Positions 12,865 to 21,919 of a stretch of 64,000 nucleotides of DNA are shown here, piece by piece. The DNA comes from Mycobacteriales bacterium (lineage in GTDB: Bacteria; Actinomycetota; Actinomycetes; JADGOV01). The stretch covers positions 6,339 through 70,338 of the forward strand of contig JBBSIN010000003.1 in the NCBI GenBank assembly GCA_038232055.1, read 5' to 3'. A program made the position numbers and the translations under genes. Numbering within the stretch: position 1 is the stretch's first letter; each line of letters opens with the position of its first letter. The notes beneath the pieces are model-generated. The model saw only the letters and a program-made list of their open reading frames with translations. It was not told the origin of the DNA and did not search any database.

Positions 12865-12889
12865 TGCGCGCTGAGGGAGGACGGACCCC

Positions 12890-13363
12890 ATGTCTCGAGT
12901 GCAGCTGGCGCTCAACGTCTCCGACGTCGATGCCGCCGTCGAGTTCTACGGCAAGCTGTTCGGCGCCACTCCGGCCAAGCGCCGCGCCGGCTACGCCAAC
13001 TTCGCGCTGACCGAGCCGCCGCTGAAGCTGGTGCTGATCGAAACCTCGGAGTCTCGAGGCGACGGCGCTGTCGGCGCGCTCAACCACCTCGGCGTCGAGG
13101 TCGAGGACACCAGCGAGGTCGCGGCGGCCACGTCTCGGCTGGCCGCCGAGGGGCTGGCCACGGTCGAACAGGACAACGTGACCTGCTGCTACGCCGTCCA
13201 GGACAAGGTCTGGGTCGCCGACCCCGACGGCGCGCCTTGGGAGTTCTACACCGTCCTCGCCGACGCCCCGGCCGAGACCGGTCTCGGTTGCGACCCCGCA
13301 GGTTGCGCCGACACCTCGACTTCACGAAGCGGCGAGCCGACCGCTGCAGCGGCCTGCTGCTGA
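12890..13363 (+). CDS. ArsI/CadI family VOC metalloenzyme
   Basis: MSRVQLALNV..FYGKLFGA..NHLGVEVED..TCCYAVQDKVWVADPDGAPWEFY with the vicinal Cys pair and a Cys-rich tail. It is close to mycobacterial CadI and to ArsI C-As lyases. Confidence 0.8.
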   Translation: MSRVQLALNVSDVDAAVEFYGKLFGATPAKRRAGYANFALTEPPLKLVLIETSESRGDGAVGALNHLGVEVEDTSEVAAATSRLAAEGLATVEQDNVTCCYAVQDKVWVADPDGAPWEFYTVLADAPAETGLGCDPAGCADTSTSRSGEPTAAAACC

Positions 13364-13365
13364 GA

Positions 13366-14136
13366 GTGTTACGCGTGCAAGAGCCACTCGGGCGCCGCGC
13401 CCTGGCCGAAGGGCTCGGGACCGGGCTTCTCGTCACCATGGTCGTCGGCTCTGGGATCACCGCCCAGCGGCTATCGCCCGCTGATGTCGGCCTGGAGCTG
13501 CTGGAGAACGCCGTGGCCACCGCGGCCGGGCTCGCCGTGCTGATCTTGATGTTCGGCCCGATCTCGGGGGGCCACTTCAACCCCGTCGTCTCGGTGGTGG
13601 ACTGGCTGCTCGGCCGACGAGCGGGGGCGGGACTTCGGCCGCGGGAACTGCTTGTCTACCTGCCGGCCCAGGTCGCCGGCGCGATCGCCGGCGCTGTCCT
13701 CGCCAACCTCATGTACGCCGAAGCGGCCGTCAGCTGGTCGACCAAGCATCGCCAGGCCGGCCACCTTCTGCTCGGCGAGGTGGTCGCCACCGCCGGGCTG
13801 CTGGTGCTCATCGTCGCCCTCGTCCGTACCGGTCAGAGCCGCTCTGCGGCGCCAGCAGTGGGCGTCTACATCGGCGCCGCCTACTTCTTCACCAGCTCCA
13901 CCAGCTTCGCCAATCCGGCCGTGACCATCGGCCGCGCCTTCACGGACACCTTCGCCGGTATCGCCCCGTCCTCGGTTCCGGGCTTCGTCGCCGCCCAACT
14001 CGTTGGCGCCGGCGTTGCCGTTGGCGTCATTCGAGCCCTCTACCCCGGGGTGGCCGAGGTGGCGGACGACCTCGTCGTGCCGCACGAGTCGGCATCGCTG
14101 GACGGCCCCCATGCTTCCCGAAGGAGTTTCCGATGA
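13366..14136 (+). CDS. MIP/aquaporin family channel (aquaglyceroporin-like)
   Basis: Two half-helix motifs, GGHFNPVVS and FANPAVT, with about six TM segments. GTG at 13366 lies just after the arsI/cadI stop. Confidence 0.85.
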   Translation: MLRVQEPLGRRALAEGLGTGLLVTMVVGSGITAQRLSPADVGLELLENAVATAAGLAVLILMFGPISGGHFNPVVSVVDWLLGRRAGAGLRPRELLVYLPAQVAGAIAGAVLANLMYAEAAVSWSTKHRQAGHLLLGEVVATAGLLVLIVALVRTGQSRSAAPAVGVYIGAAYFFTSSTSFANPAVTIGRAFTDTFAGIAPSSVPGFVAAQLVGAGVAVGVIRALYPGVAEVADDLVVPHESASLDGPHASRRSFR

Positions 14137-14617
14137 CCTCCTCTTTGCCGCCGTCGGGAACTGACAGGCTGGGAAAAGGCCGTCCGGAGGTCCTCATCGC
14201 CCGCCGGCAGAACGCCGGGCGCAGCATCGCCGCCGGTGTCCTGCTCGAGCACTACGCCCAGGGCCGCGTCGTGATCCGCTCGGCCGGCTCCACGCCCGCC
14301 GATGAGATTCATCCCGAGATTCGCACGGTGCTCGCCGAGCGAGGCCTGGCCACCGAAGGCCTCTTTCCCAAGCCGTTCACCGACGAGATGGTCCAGGCCG
14401 CCGACGTCGTTGTCACCATGGGCTGCGGCGAAGCGTGTCCGGTGTTTCCCGGCAAGCGCTACCTCGACTGGGAAGTTGGCGACCCGCACGGCCAGCCGCT
14501 TGAGCAGTTCGGCGCATCGTCGACGACATCGACGGGCGGATCCGCGGGCTGCTGCGCGATCTCTTGCCTGACCAGGCGCTGCCGAAGCCACCTGAGCCCA
14601 TCACCGCCGAGTCCTAG
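14133..14617 (+). pseudogene. arsC: LMW-PTP type arsenate reductase, degenerate (P-loop Cys lost, -1 frameshift near 14505)
   Basis: The P-loop reads VLIARRQNAGRS instead of VLFVCxxNxxRS, with CGC (Arg) at 14202-14204 where Cys is expected. TMGCGEACPVFPGKRYLDWEVGDP is conserved. The conserved tail VRRIVDDIDGRIRGLLRDLL.. continues in another frame to TAG at 14615-14617. Confidence 0.6.
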
Positions 14618-15060
14618 CCGCGCTCGGCGGCGACCGCTGGCGCGAGCGCGGCGAGTCGGTCCAGTGTCGCCTCGATCCCCCTGGCGTTGCGCTGCGGGAA
14701 CCTAAGCCGCTGGAGAGCCACCGGCCAGGGAGAGCTCGAGTAGTCGAAGGTCTCGGTCACGAGGGTGCCGCCGTCGACCGGCTCCAGCTCGTAACGCCAG
14801 CGGTGCCGGGCCCAGTGCCGCCATGCGATCCGGCGGTCCTCGTCGTACTCCATGACCTTGTTGCTGATGAGGTAGGGCAACCGGATACGCATCCGCATGC
14901 CGAAGCGGGAGCCGAGGGAAAGGCGCGCCGGGCCGGACGTCGACGCACGGACAGTGCCCGATCCATCGATGCGCGGATGCATGCGTGGGTCGGCCAGGAT
15001 GTCGAACACGACGTCCGGCGGCGCGTGCACCAGGCGGCTGCGGGAGACGCTACGTGGCAC
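14614..15060 (-). CDS. SRPBCC (START/polyketide cyclase-like) family protein
   Basis: The VSRSRLVHAPPDVVFDILADPRMHPRIDGSG N-terminus is typical of SRPBCC ligand-binding proteins. Confidence 0.7.
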   Translation of the reverse strand: MPRSVSRSRLVHAPPDVVFDILADPRMHPRIDGSGTVRASTSGPARLSLGSRFGMRMRIRLPYLISNKVMEYDEDRRIAWRHWARHRWRYELEPVDGGTLVTETFDYSSSPWPVALQRLRFPQRNARGIEATLDRLAALAPAVAAERG

Positions 15061-15343
15061 CCACCGAGACTAAGCCGCGCGGAGTCCGTACGAGGTGGCT
15101 TGTTGATCTCCAAACGGCACTTCGGGCAGCAACCACGGAGGCGAAGGAGATCGTGACCGGGCTTGCGGGTCGAGGGGATCGCCCTGCCGGTCCAGGCGAT
15201 TGCCGCCGCCGGTCGGGATGCCCAAAAGGGTGATTAGGCACCCCGAGCTACGAGTCGCGACTCGCCGGATCCCCCCGCGCCGCCGCCAACCGCGCGGCAT
15301 TCCCTACCATGCGATCAATGTTCCCGATACAGCCGAGGTAGAC

Positions 15344-15961
15344 GTGCGCCTGCGTATCACGCCGCGCGAGACCAGCTTCTACGACATGTTCAGCGCGCAA
15401 GCCGACAACGTCGTCGTCGCGGCCGGTCTGCTCGCCGAGCTCGTCGCCGACCACGCCGACCGCGCCACCCTGGCCGGCAAGATCCGTGACGCCGAGCATG
15501 CCGGCGACGACATCACCCACCGGATCCTGCGGCAGCTCAACTCGACGTTCGTCACCCCATTCGATCGGGAGGACATCTACCGGCTGGCCAGCCGCCTCGA
15601 TGATGTCCTGGACTTCATCGAGGCGGCCGCGGACCTCGTGGTGCTCTACCAGCTGGCGGACCTGCCGGCCGAGATCCACAAGATCGTCGACGTGCTCTGC
15701 CGAGCCGCTCGCAGCACAGCCGACGCGATGCCGAGGCTGCGTTCGCTGAAGGACCTCGCCGAGTACTGGATCGAGGTCAACGAGCTCGAGAACGAGGCAG
15801 ACCAGATCCACCGCCGGCTCGTCGCGCGGCTCTTCTCCGGCGCGTACGAGGCCCTCGACGTCCTCAAGCTGAAGGAGGTCGTCGAGGAGCTCGAGGCGGC
15901 CGCCGACGCGTTCGAACATGTCGCCGACAGCGTGCAGACGATCGTCGTCAAGGAGTCCTGA
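15344..15961 (+). CDS. DUF47 (PhoU-like, YkaA/PitR) phosphate transport regulator
   Basis: VRLRITPRETSFYDMF..HAGDDITHRI..FVTPFDREDI motifs. It sits immediately upstream of pit. Confidence 0.85.
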   Translation: MRLRITPRETSFYDMFSAQADNVVVAAGLLAELVADHADRATLAGKIRDAEHAGDDITHRILRQLNSTFVTPFDREDIYRLASRLDDVLDFIEAAADLVVLYQLADLPAEIHKIVDVLCRAARSTADAMPRLRSLKDLAEYWIEVNELENEADQIHRRLVARLFSGAYEALDVLKLKEVVEELEAAADAFEHVADSVQTIVVKES

Positions 15962-15963
15962 GG

Positions 15964-16962
15964 GTGGAGACCGTTGGTCTTGTGGTCCTCATCGCGGTGG
16001 CCCTGTTCTTCGACTACACGAACGGCTTCCACGACGCGGCCAATGCGATCGCGACGTCGATTTCCACCCGTGCCCTCACCCCGCGGGTCGCACTAGCCCT
16101 CGCGGCTGTCATGAACGTCTTCGGCGCGCTGATCTCCACCAAGGTCGCGGCTACCGTCGGCAGTGGAATCATCACCACGCCCAGTGGCTCGCACGGGCTC
16201 GTCGTCGTCTTCTCGGGGCTCATCGGCGCGATTACGTGGAACCTCATCACCTGGTACTACGGGCTGCCCTCGTCGTCGTCACAGGCGCTCATCGGCGGCC
16301 TGGTCGGCGCCGCGCTCGCCTCCGCCGGCACGGTGCAGTGGCGGGGCATCTTCGAGAAGGTCGTCATCCCGATGGTGCTCTCGCCGCTCGTCGGTCTGGC
16401 CCTCGGTTACCTGTTCATGGTGGCGCTGCTCTGGGTCTTCCATCGCGGGAATCCGCATCGGCTCAACCGGGGCTTCCGGTTCGCGCAGATCTTCTCGGCC
16501 GGCGCGATGGCCTTCGGGCACGGGACCCAGGACGCGCAGAAGACCATGGGCGTCATCACGCTCGCGCTCATCACCACCGGACACCTGTCCGGGGAGCACT
16601 TCTCCGTGCCGCTGTGGGTGATCCTCTCCGCAGCGGGGGCGATCAGCCTGGGCACCTACTCCGGTGGCTGGCGGATCATGCGCACCCTCGGTCGACGGGT
16701 GATCCAGCTCACGCCGGCCGCGGGTTTCGGTGCGCAGACCGTCGCGTCGTCGCTGCTGTTCGCCACGGCGCACTACGGGCTGCCGGTGTCGACTACCCAC
16801 GTGATCACGTCGTCGGTCATGGGCGTGGGCGCGACGAAACGGCTCTCCGCCGTGCGCTGGGGAGTCGCCGGCAACATCGCCACCGCGTGGGTGCTGACCA
16901 TCCCGGCGGCCGGGATCGTCGCTGCCGTGGTCTACTTCGTGGCCCACGTCATCTTGCTGTAA
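15964..16962 (+). CDS. pit: Inorganic phosphate transporter, PiT family
   Basis: FDYTNGFHDAANAIATS at the N-terminus and the repeated TTHVITSSVMGVG motif, in a polytopic membrane protein. Confidence 0.9.
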   Translation: METVGLVVLIAVALFFDYTNGFHDAANAIATSISTRALTPRVALALAAVMNVFGALISTKVAATVGSGIITTPSGSHGLVVVFSGLIGAITWNLITWYYGLPSSSSQALIGGLVGAALASAGTVQWRGIFEKVVIPMVLSPLVGLALGYLFMVALLWVFHRGNPHRLNRGFRFAQIFSAGAMAFGHGTQDAQKTMGVITLALITTGHLSGEHFSVPLWVILSAAGAISLGTYSGGWRIMRTLGRRVIQLTPAAGFGAQTVASSLLFATAHYGLPVSTTHVITSSVMGVGATKRLSAVRWGVAGNIATAWVLTIPAAGIVAAVVYFVAHVILL

Positions 16963-16983
16963 CCGGTTAGAACCGCCAGGGAT

Positions 16984-17760
16984 TCAGCCGAAGCGGCCGG
17001 TGATGTAGTCCTCGGTCCGCTTCTGCGTCGGATTGGTGAAGATCTTCGTCGTAGTGTCGACCTCGACGAGGTGTCCGGGCTCACCGGGACCGCGCAGGGT
17101 GAAAAAGGCCGTCGTGTCGCTCACCCGGGCGGCCTGTTGCATATTGTGCGTGACGATGACGATCGTGTAGCTGTCCTTGATCTCCGCCATCAGATCCTCG
17201 ATGGCGAGCGTCGAGATCGGGTCCAGCGCGCTACAGGGCTCGTCCATGAGCAGAACCTCCGGCTCGACGGCGATGGCCCGAGCAATGCAGAGTCGCTGCT
17301 GCTGACCGCCGGAAAGCCCAGCCCCCGGCTTGGAAAGTCGGTCCTTGACCTCGGTCCAGAGGTTCGCTGCGCGCAGCGAACGTTCGACGGCGGCGTCGAG
17401 CTCGCCCTTGCGACGCATGCCGTTGAGTTTGAGACCAGCGGCCACGTTGTCATAGATCGACATCGTGGGGAATGGGTTGGGGCGTTGGAAGACCATGCCG
17501 ATCGTACGGCGCACGGCCACCGGGTCGACCGTCTCGGCGTAGATGTCGAGGTCGTCGAGGAGCACGCGTCCTTCGATGCGGGCGCCGGGAACGACTTCAT
17601 GCAGGCGGTTGAGGGTTCGGAGCACTGTCGACTTGCCGCATCCCGACGGCCCGATGAGCGCCGTGACGGTCTTCGGTTCGATCACGAGCGAGACGTCGTC
17701 GACCGCCCTGGTGCTGCCGTAGAAGCACGACAGTCCGATGGTTTCGATGCGCTTGGCCAT
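16984..17760 (-). CDS. pstB: Phosphate ABC transporter ATP-binding protein PstB
   Basis: [18 protein letters not shown] Walker [15 protein letters not shown] signature, and a C-terminal [10 protein letters not shown] tail. Confidence 0.95.
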   Translation of the reverse strand: MAKRIETIGLSCFYGSTRAVDDVSLVIEPKTVTALIGPSGCGKSTVLRTLNRLHEVVPGARIEGRVLLDDLDIYAETVDPVAVRRTIGMVFQRPNPFPTMSIYDNVAAGLKLNGMRRKGELDAAVERSLRAANLWTEVKDRLSKPGAGLSGGQQQRLCIARAIAVEPEVLLMDEPCSALDPISTLAIEDLMAEIKDSYTIVIVTHNMQQAARVSDTTAFFTLRGPGEPGHLVEVDTTTKIFTNPTQKRTEDYITGRFG

Positions 17761-17768
17761 GGTTCGAC

Positions 17769-18821
17769 CTACCTCCGGACCAGAGTGTTGCGCCGAGTCA
17801 GCAGACGTGCGGCGACATAGAGGGCGATGACGATGAGGATCAGCGTGAGCGCGCCGGCCCAGGCGCGATCGATCGCGACATCGAAAGCGGACTGGGTCTG
17901 CTGGAAAACGAACAACGGCAGCGCGCTCTGCTGGCCGCTGAAGGGGTTGACGTGGATGAAGTCGTTGCCGGAGGCAGTGAGCAGCAGCGGCGCGGTCTCG
18001 CCGGTGACTCGGGCGACGGCGAGCATGATGCCCGTCGTGATACCGGTCAGGGCGGTGGGCAACACGACAGACACGATGGTCCGCCAGCGGGGGATCCCGA
18101 GCGCGTAGCTCGCCTCGCGGAGCCCGTTGGGCACCAGCCGGATCATCTCCTCGGTGGACCGAACGACGACCGGCAGCATCAGGATCGCAAGTGACAACGC
18201 CGCCGCGAACCCAGAGAAGCCGCGGTGCAGCACCAGCACCCAGAAGGCGAAGATGAACAGTCCGGCGACGATGGACGGGATGCCGGTCATGACGTCGATG
18301 AAGAACCGGATCGAGAAGGCGAGGCGCCCGCGTCCGTACTCGGTGATGTAGATGGCCACGAGCAGACCGAGCGGCACGGAGACCAGGCTGGCGATGCCGA
18401 CCTGCTCCACCGTCCCGAGGATCGAGTGGTAGACCCCGCCGCCGGAGTCGAGCGGTCCGACGCCGGCCATCGAGTGGGTGAGGAAGTTCGGTGAGAGGCG
18501 TTTGATCCCGCGGCTGAGCGTGTAGCCGAGCACCGCGACCAGCGGAAGCATCGCCAACAAGAAGGAAAGGGCGGCCCCCAGGGTCACCAGCCGGTTGGTC
18601 GCCCGACGACGACCCTCGACCCGCCAGCTGACCACGACGATCGTCGCGATGACGGCGAGTGCGGCCACCATCGCGAAGTCGACGCGACCACCGAGCGGCG
18701 TGACCGCGAAGAGCGCCGCGGTGACGACGACGGCTGCCGCGGCGTAGCCGAGCACCACCGACGACGACAAACGTCGGGACCGCAGGCTGACCGCCGGCGC
18801 GGCGATAAGGCTGATGCTCAT
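17769..18821 (-). CDS. pstA: Phosphate ABC transporter permease PstA
   Basis: [17 protein letters not shown]-loop and polytopic topology. The ATG at 18821 overlaps the pstC stop (ATGA). Confidence 0.9.
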   Translation of the reverse strand: MSISLIAAPAVSLRSRRLSSSVVLGYAAAAVVVTAALFAVTPLGGRVDFAMVAALAVIATIVVVSWRVEGRRRATNRLVTLGAALSFLLAMLPLVAVLGYTLSRGIKRLSPNFLTHSMAGVGPLDSGGGVYHSILGTVEQVGIASLVSVPLGLLVAIYITEYGRGRLAFSIRFFIDVMTGIPSIVAGLFIFAFWVLVLHRGFSGFAAALSLAILMLPVVVRSTEEMIRLVPNGLREASYALGIPRWRTIVSVVLPTALTGITTGIMLAVARVTGETAPLLLTASGNDFIHVNPFSGQQSALPLFVFQQTQSAFDVAIDRAWAGALTLILIVIALYVAARLLTRRNTLVRR

Positions 18822-19813
18822 ACCGCCGCGCTCCGCTCGACGGCGCCCGCCCGGTAGATGATCGCGCGGGCGGCAAGGTTGACGCTCAACGTGATGGCGA
18901 AAAGCACGAGGCCGCTGGCGATGAGAGCACTCCGACCGAGGCTGCCGGCTTCGCCGAAGCGGGTGGCGATATTGGCGGCGATCGTATTGCCACCGGGCTC
19001 CAAGATGTGCCAGCTGACGGAGAACGTCGAGCCGATGACCAGGGCGACCGCGATTGTCTCCCCGAGGGCCCGGCCGAGGCCGAGCATGACTCCGCCGGTG
19101 ATGCCAGGCCGGCTCGGCGGCAGCACCGCTGTCCGGATGACCTCCCACCTGGTCGCGCCGAGGGCCAGTGCGGCCTCCCGCTGCGCGGGATCCACCTGGG
19201 CGATCACCTCGCGGGTGATCGCGGAGATGATCGGTAGGATCATGACGGCCAGGATGATCGACGCAGCGAAGATCGACTGACTGTACTGGCCCGCCTTGTT
19301 GCCCGGATCCGCGAAGATCGGAATCCAGCCGAAGTGATCGGCGAGGAAGCGCTGCAGCGGGATCATCCGCTTGAGCAGGAAGTACACCGCCCACAGGCCG
19401 TAGACGACGGACGGTACGGCGGCCAGCATGTCGACGGCGTAGCCGAGCAGCCGGGCGAGCCGGGGCGGCGCGTACTCCACGATGAACAGCGCCACCCCGA
19501 TGGCCACCGGTACCGCGATGACCAGGGCAAGGATGCTGGACAGGACCGTGCCGAAAGCGAGGGCAGCGATCCCGAAGACCATGCTGCGGTCGGGATCCCA
19601 GATCTTCGTGGTGAGGAAGTTTCCCTTGTCGGCCGCAATCGCCGGAATCGCTCGGAACAGCAGAAAGGCGGCGACGGCAGCGAGGACGACGAGGATGAAG
19701 ACGGAAGCGGCCAGGGTCGTTCCACGGAAGAGGGCGTCGGCCGAAGAAGAGCCGCCCGTCAGCTTCGGTGGCTGACGGGCGACTCTCTGATCGCTGCTGG
19801 CAGTTCGTGTCAA
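18818..19813 (-). CDS. pstC: Phosphate ABC transporter permease PstC
   Basis: [18 protein letters not shown]-loop. A likely TTG start at 19813 overlaps the pstS stop; the start is somewhat uncertain. Confidence 0.85.
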   Translation of the reverse strand: MTRTASSDQRVARQPPKLTGGSSSADALFRGTTLAASVFILVVLAAVAAFLLFRAIPAIAADKGNFLTTKIWDPDRSMVFGIAALAFGTVLSSILALVIAVPVAIGVALFIVEYAPPRLARLLGYAVDMLAAVPSVVYGLWAVYFLLKRMIPLQRFLADHFGWIPIFADPGNKAGQYSQSIFAASIILAVMILPIISAITREVIAQVDPAQREAALALGATRWEVIRTAVLPPSRPGITGGVMLGLGRALGETIAVALVIGSTFSVSWHILEPGGNTIAANIATRFGEAGSLGRSALIASGLVLFAITLSVNLAARAIIYRAGAVERSAAV

Positions 19814-20889
19814 GACAGGCTGTTCACCGTCGACTTGGCCTTGTCGGCGATCGCGGCGGGCAGTGGCGCGAAGCCGAGCGAGTCCGCGCTCGACTGGCCC
19901 TCTGCGACGGCGTAGCCGAGGAAGGCCTTGACCAGGTTGGCCTTGGCGGCGTCCTTGCTCTTCGCACAGACGATGACGTAGGAGACGGTGGAGATCGGGT
20001 AGCCCTTGGTGCCGGTGAACTCCAGCTTGCCCGCCAGGTCCTTGCCCTGACCCGCGATGCTGAACGACGACTGCAGGAAGTCGCTGACGCTCTGACCGGT
20101 CAGCTCGACGAACTCCGCCCCGGCGCCCTTCACCTTGGCCGTGGGCAGGTTGTTGGCCTTCGCGAACGACAGCTCGACGTAAGTGATCGCGCCGTCGGTC
20201 TGCTTGACGCCCGCGGTGACCCCGTCCGAGCCCTTGGCGCCCTGGCCACCAGGCCAGTTCAGCTGCTTGTCCGACCCGAGCGTCCACGCGGAGCCCGCGG
20301 CCGTCTCGAGGAACCCTGAGAAGACCTTGGTGGTGCCGGAGCCGTCGGACCGGTGGTAGGCGGCGATCGGGGTCGACGGCAGCGTCGCGCCCGGGTTGTC
20401 GGCGGCGATCTGCGGGTCGTTCCAGGTCTTGATGCTGCCCTGGAAGATACCGGCCAGCGTCTTCGCCGACAGGTTGAGGCTGTCGACACCCTTGAGGTTG
20501 TACATGATCGCCACGCCACCGACCGTGACCGGGATGTGCAGGGCCGGGCTGCCGCAACGCGCATCGGCCTTCGCCTGCTCGTCCGGCTTCATGGTCGCGT
20601 CGGAGCCGGCGAAGTCGATGGTGCCCGCCGCGAACTGCTCGATCCCCGCGCCGGACCCAGTGCCCTGGTAGTTGATCTGCGCACCGGAACACTTCGCCGC
20701 AAAGTCCTTGATCCACTGCTGCTCGATGTTCTGCTGGAACGTCGAACCGGACCCGGCGATCTGCCCCTTGACGCAACTGTCGCTGTTGCTCGCCGCCTGT
20801 GTCGTCCCGTTGTCGCTACCGCAGCCGGCGACCGTGACGAGGCTCGCCGCGGCGAGGCCGGCGAGCGCACCCTTCTGTATCAGTCTCAT
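19810..20889 (-). CDS. pstS: Phosphate-binding lipoprotein PstS
   Basis: Signal peptide with lipobox (LVTVAGC), then GSGSTFQ and YQGTGSGAG phosphate-binding motifs. Confidence 0.9.
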   Translation of the reverse strand: MRLIQKGALAGLAAASLVTVAGCGSDNGTTQAASNSDSCVKGQIAGSGSTFQQNIEQQWIKDFAAKCSGAQINYQGTGSGAGIEQFAAGTIDFAGSDATMKPDEQAKADARCGSPALHIPVTVGGVAIMYNLKGVDSLNLSAKTLAGIFQGSIKTWNDPQIAADNPGATLPSTPIAAYHRSDGSGTTKVFSGFLETAAGSAWTLGSDKQLNWPGGQGAKGSDGVTAGVKQTDGAITYVELSFAKANNLPTAKVKGAGAEFVELTGQSVSDFLQSSFSIAGQGKDLAGKLEFTGTKGYPISTVSYVIVCAKSKDAAKANLVKAFLGYAVAEGQSSADSLGFAPLPAAIADKAKSTVNSLS

Positions 20890-20929
20890 GAAAAGGACGG
20901 TAGGTGCGCAAGGTGACGGGTCGGCGCGC

Positions 20930-20951
20930 GCGAGGTGAACGACGGGTGAAC
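20930..20951 (-). promoter_or_regulatory. Putative PHO box (two 11-nt direct repeat units) upstream of pstS
   Basis: On the pstS strand this reads GTTCACCCGTC GTTCACCTCGC, 41-62 nt upstream of the ATG. It matches the actinobacterial PhoP/RegX3-type GTTCACC direct-repeat pattern. A weaker CGTCACCTTGC unit lies downstream. Confidence 0.5.
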
Positions 20952-20992
20952 CGCAGTAGGCGATCCGTCTCACCCCGTGGAGAAACCGCCAT

Positions 20993-21919
20993 TCATGGCT
21001 GGACGGCCGGCTCTGCGTCGGGCGGTGGCAGCCGATCGGCAGCCACCAGCGTCCCCGTGTCGTCGACGTGGAGCACCCAGGTACCACCCTTGGCGACGCG
21101 CGGGTCGGCAGGCGTCGGCAGCCGGTACGTCGAGCACACGCTCGTCAGCAGGCCGGGAATCGTCCCGCCCTGGCTGCAGACCGCGGTCGGCGTGCGGGCT
21201 GCGATGAGGTCGACCAGCTGCCGCCTGGCGTCCTGCGGTTCGATGCGGTAGGCGTCCTCGGCAAACGCGGGAGCAGGCTCGACCTCGATCCCATGGCGTG
21301 CCGCGTACGGCCGCACCGTGTCGACGCACCGGACGACGTCCGCGGAGAGGACGTGACGTACCCGATAGCACTCGAGCACGTCGCGCAGGTGGTTCGCCTG
21401 CGCCTGTCCCAGCGCTGTCAGCGGCCGCTGCCGGTCGTCGCCCTCGTACTCAGCCCGCTTGCCGGCGTGGGCGTGCCGGACGAGAAGGATCGGTGTGGTG
21501 TCGTACGGGGCCGCCGCGAAGTGCGAGAGGGTCTCCCGGTCCCGTTCGAGCGTGACCCGCGCAACCGCTTCCTCGAGCGGGTGCCAATCGACCGCATCGA
21601 CCTCGTCCGTCGGCGCAAAGGCACCCCCGTCCTCGCGCATGGCCCAGAAGTCGACGAACTTGGGCGTCGGCCCGGACCGCAGGAGCCGGACGTAATGCTG
21701 CCGATCCAGGTGTGGACCGACGACGACCCGCCGTCCGGTCTCCTCCTCGACCTCACGGACGCCACCCAGCACGGGATGCTCGCCGGGAAGCAGTTTCCCT
21801 TTCGGCAGCGACCAGTCGTTGTACCGCGGCCGGTGCACAAGAGCCAACAGCGGACGGTGGCCGTCGGGCCGCCAGAGAACGCCACCCGCGGCCGGAATGA
21901 CCTCCGCCGGGTCAGGCAC
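20993..21919 (-). CDS. mutT1: Nudix hydrolase fused to a histidine-phosphatase domain (MutT1-like)
   Basis: Nudix box GKLLPGEHPVLGGVREVEEETG, followed by an ILLVRHAHAG RHG-phosphatase motif. It neighbours ppk as mycobacterial mutT1 does. Confidence 0.8.
   Translation of the reverse strand: MPDPAEVIPAAGGVLWRPDGHRPLLALVHRPRYNDWSLPKGKLLPGEHPVLGGVREVEEETGRRVVVGPHLDRQHYVRLLRSGPTPKFVDFWAMREDGGAFAPTDEVDAVDWHPLEEAVARVTLERDRETLSHFAAAPYDTTPILLVRHAHAGKRAEYEGDDRQRPLTALGQAQANHLRDVLECYRVRHVLSADVVRCVDTVRPYAARHGIEVEPAPAFAEDAYRIEPQDARRQLVDLIAARTPTAVCSQGGTIPGLLTSVCSTYRLPTPADPRVAKGGTWVLHVDDTGTLVAADRLPPPDAEPAVQP

Noticed and set aside
16984-18876. 630-aa ORF extending pstB far upstream, with similar long extensions of pstA (to 19394), pstC (to 20776) and pstS (to 21087)
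   Set aside because: The N-terminal extensions are Arg/Gly/Pro-rich out-of-frame reads of the upstream pst genes. The conserved N-termini and the overlapping stop/start junctions define the shorter genes.
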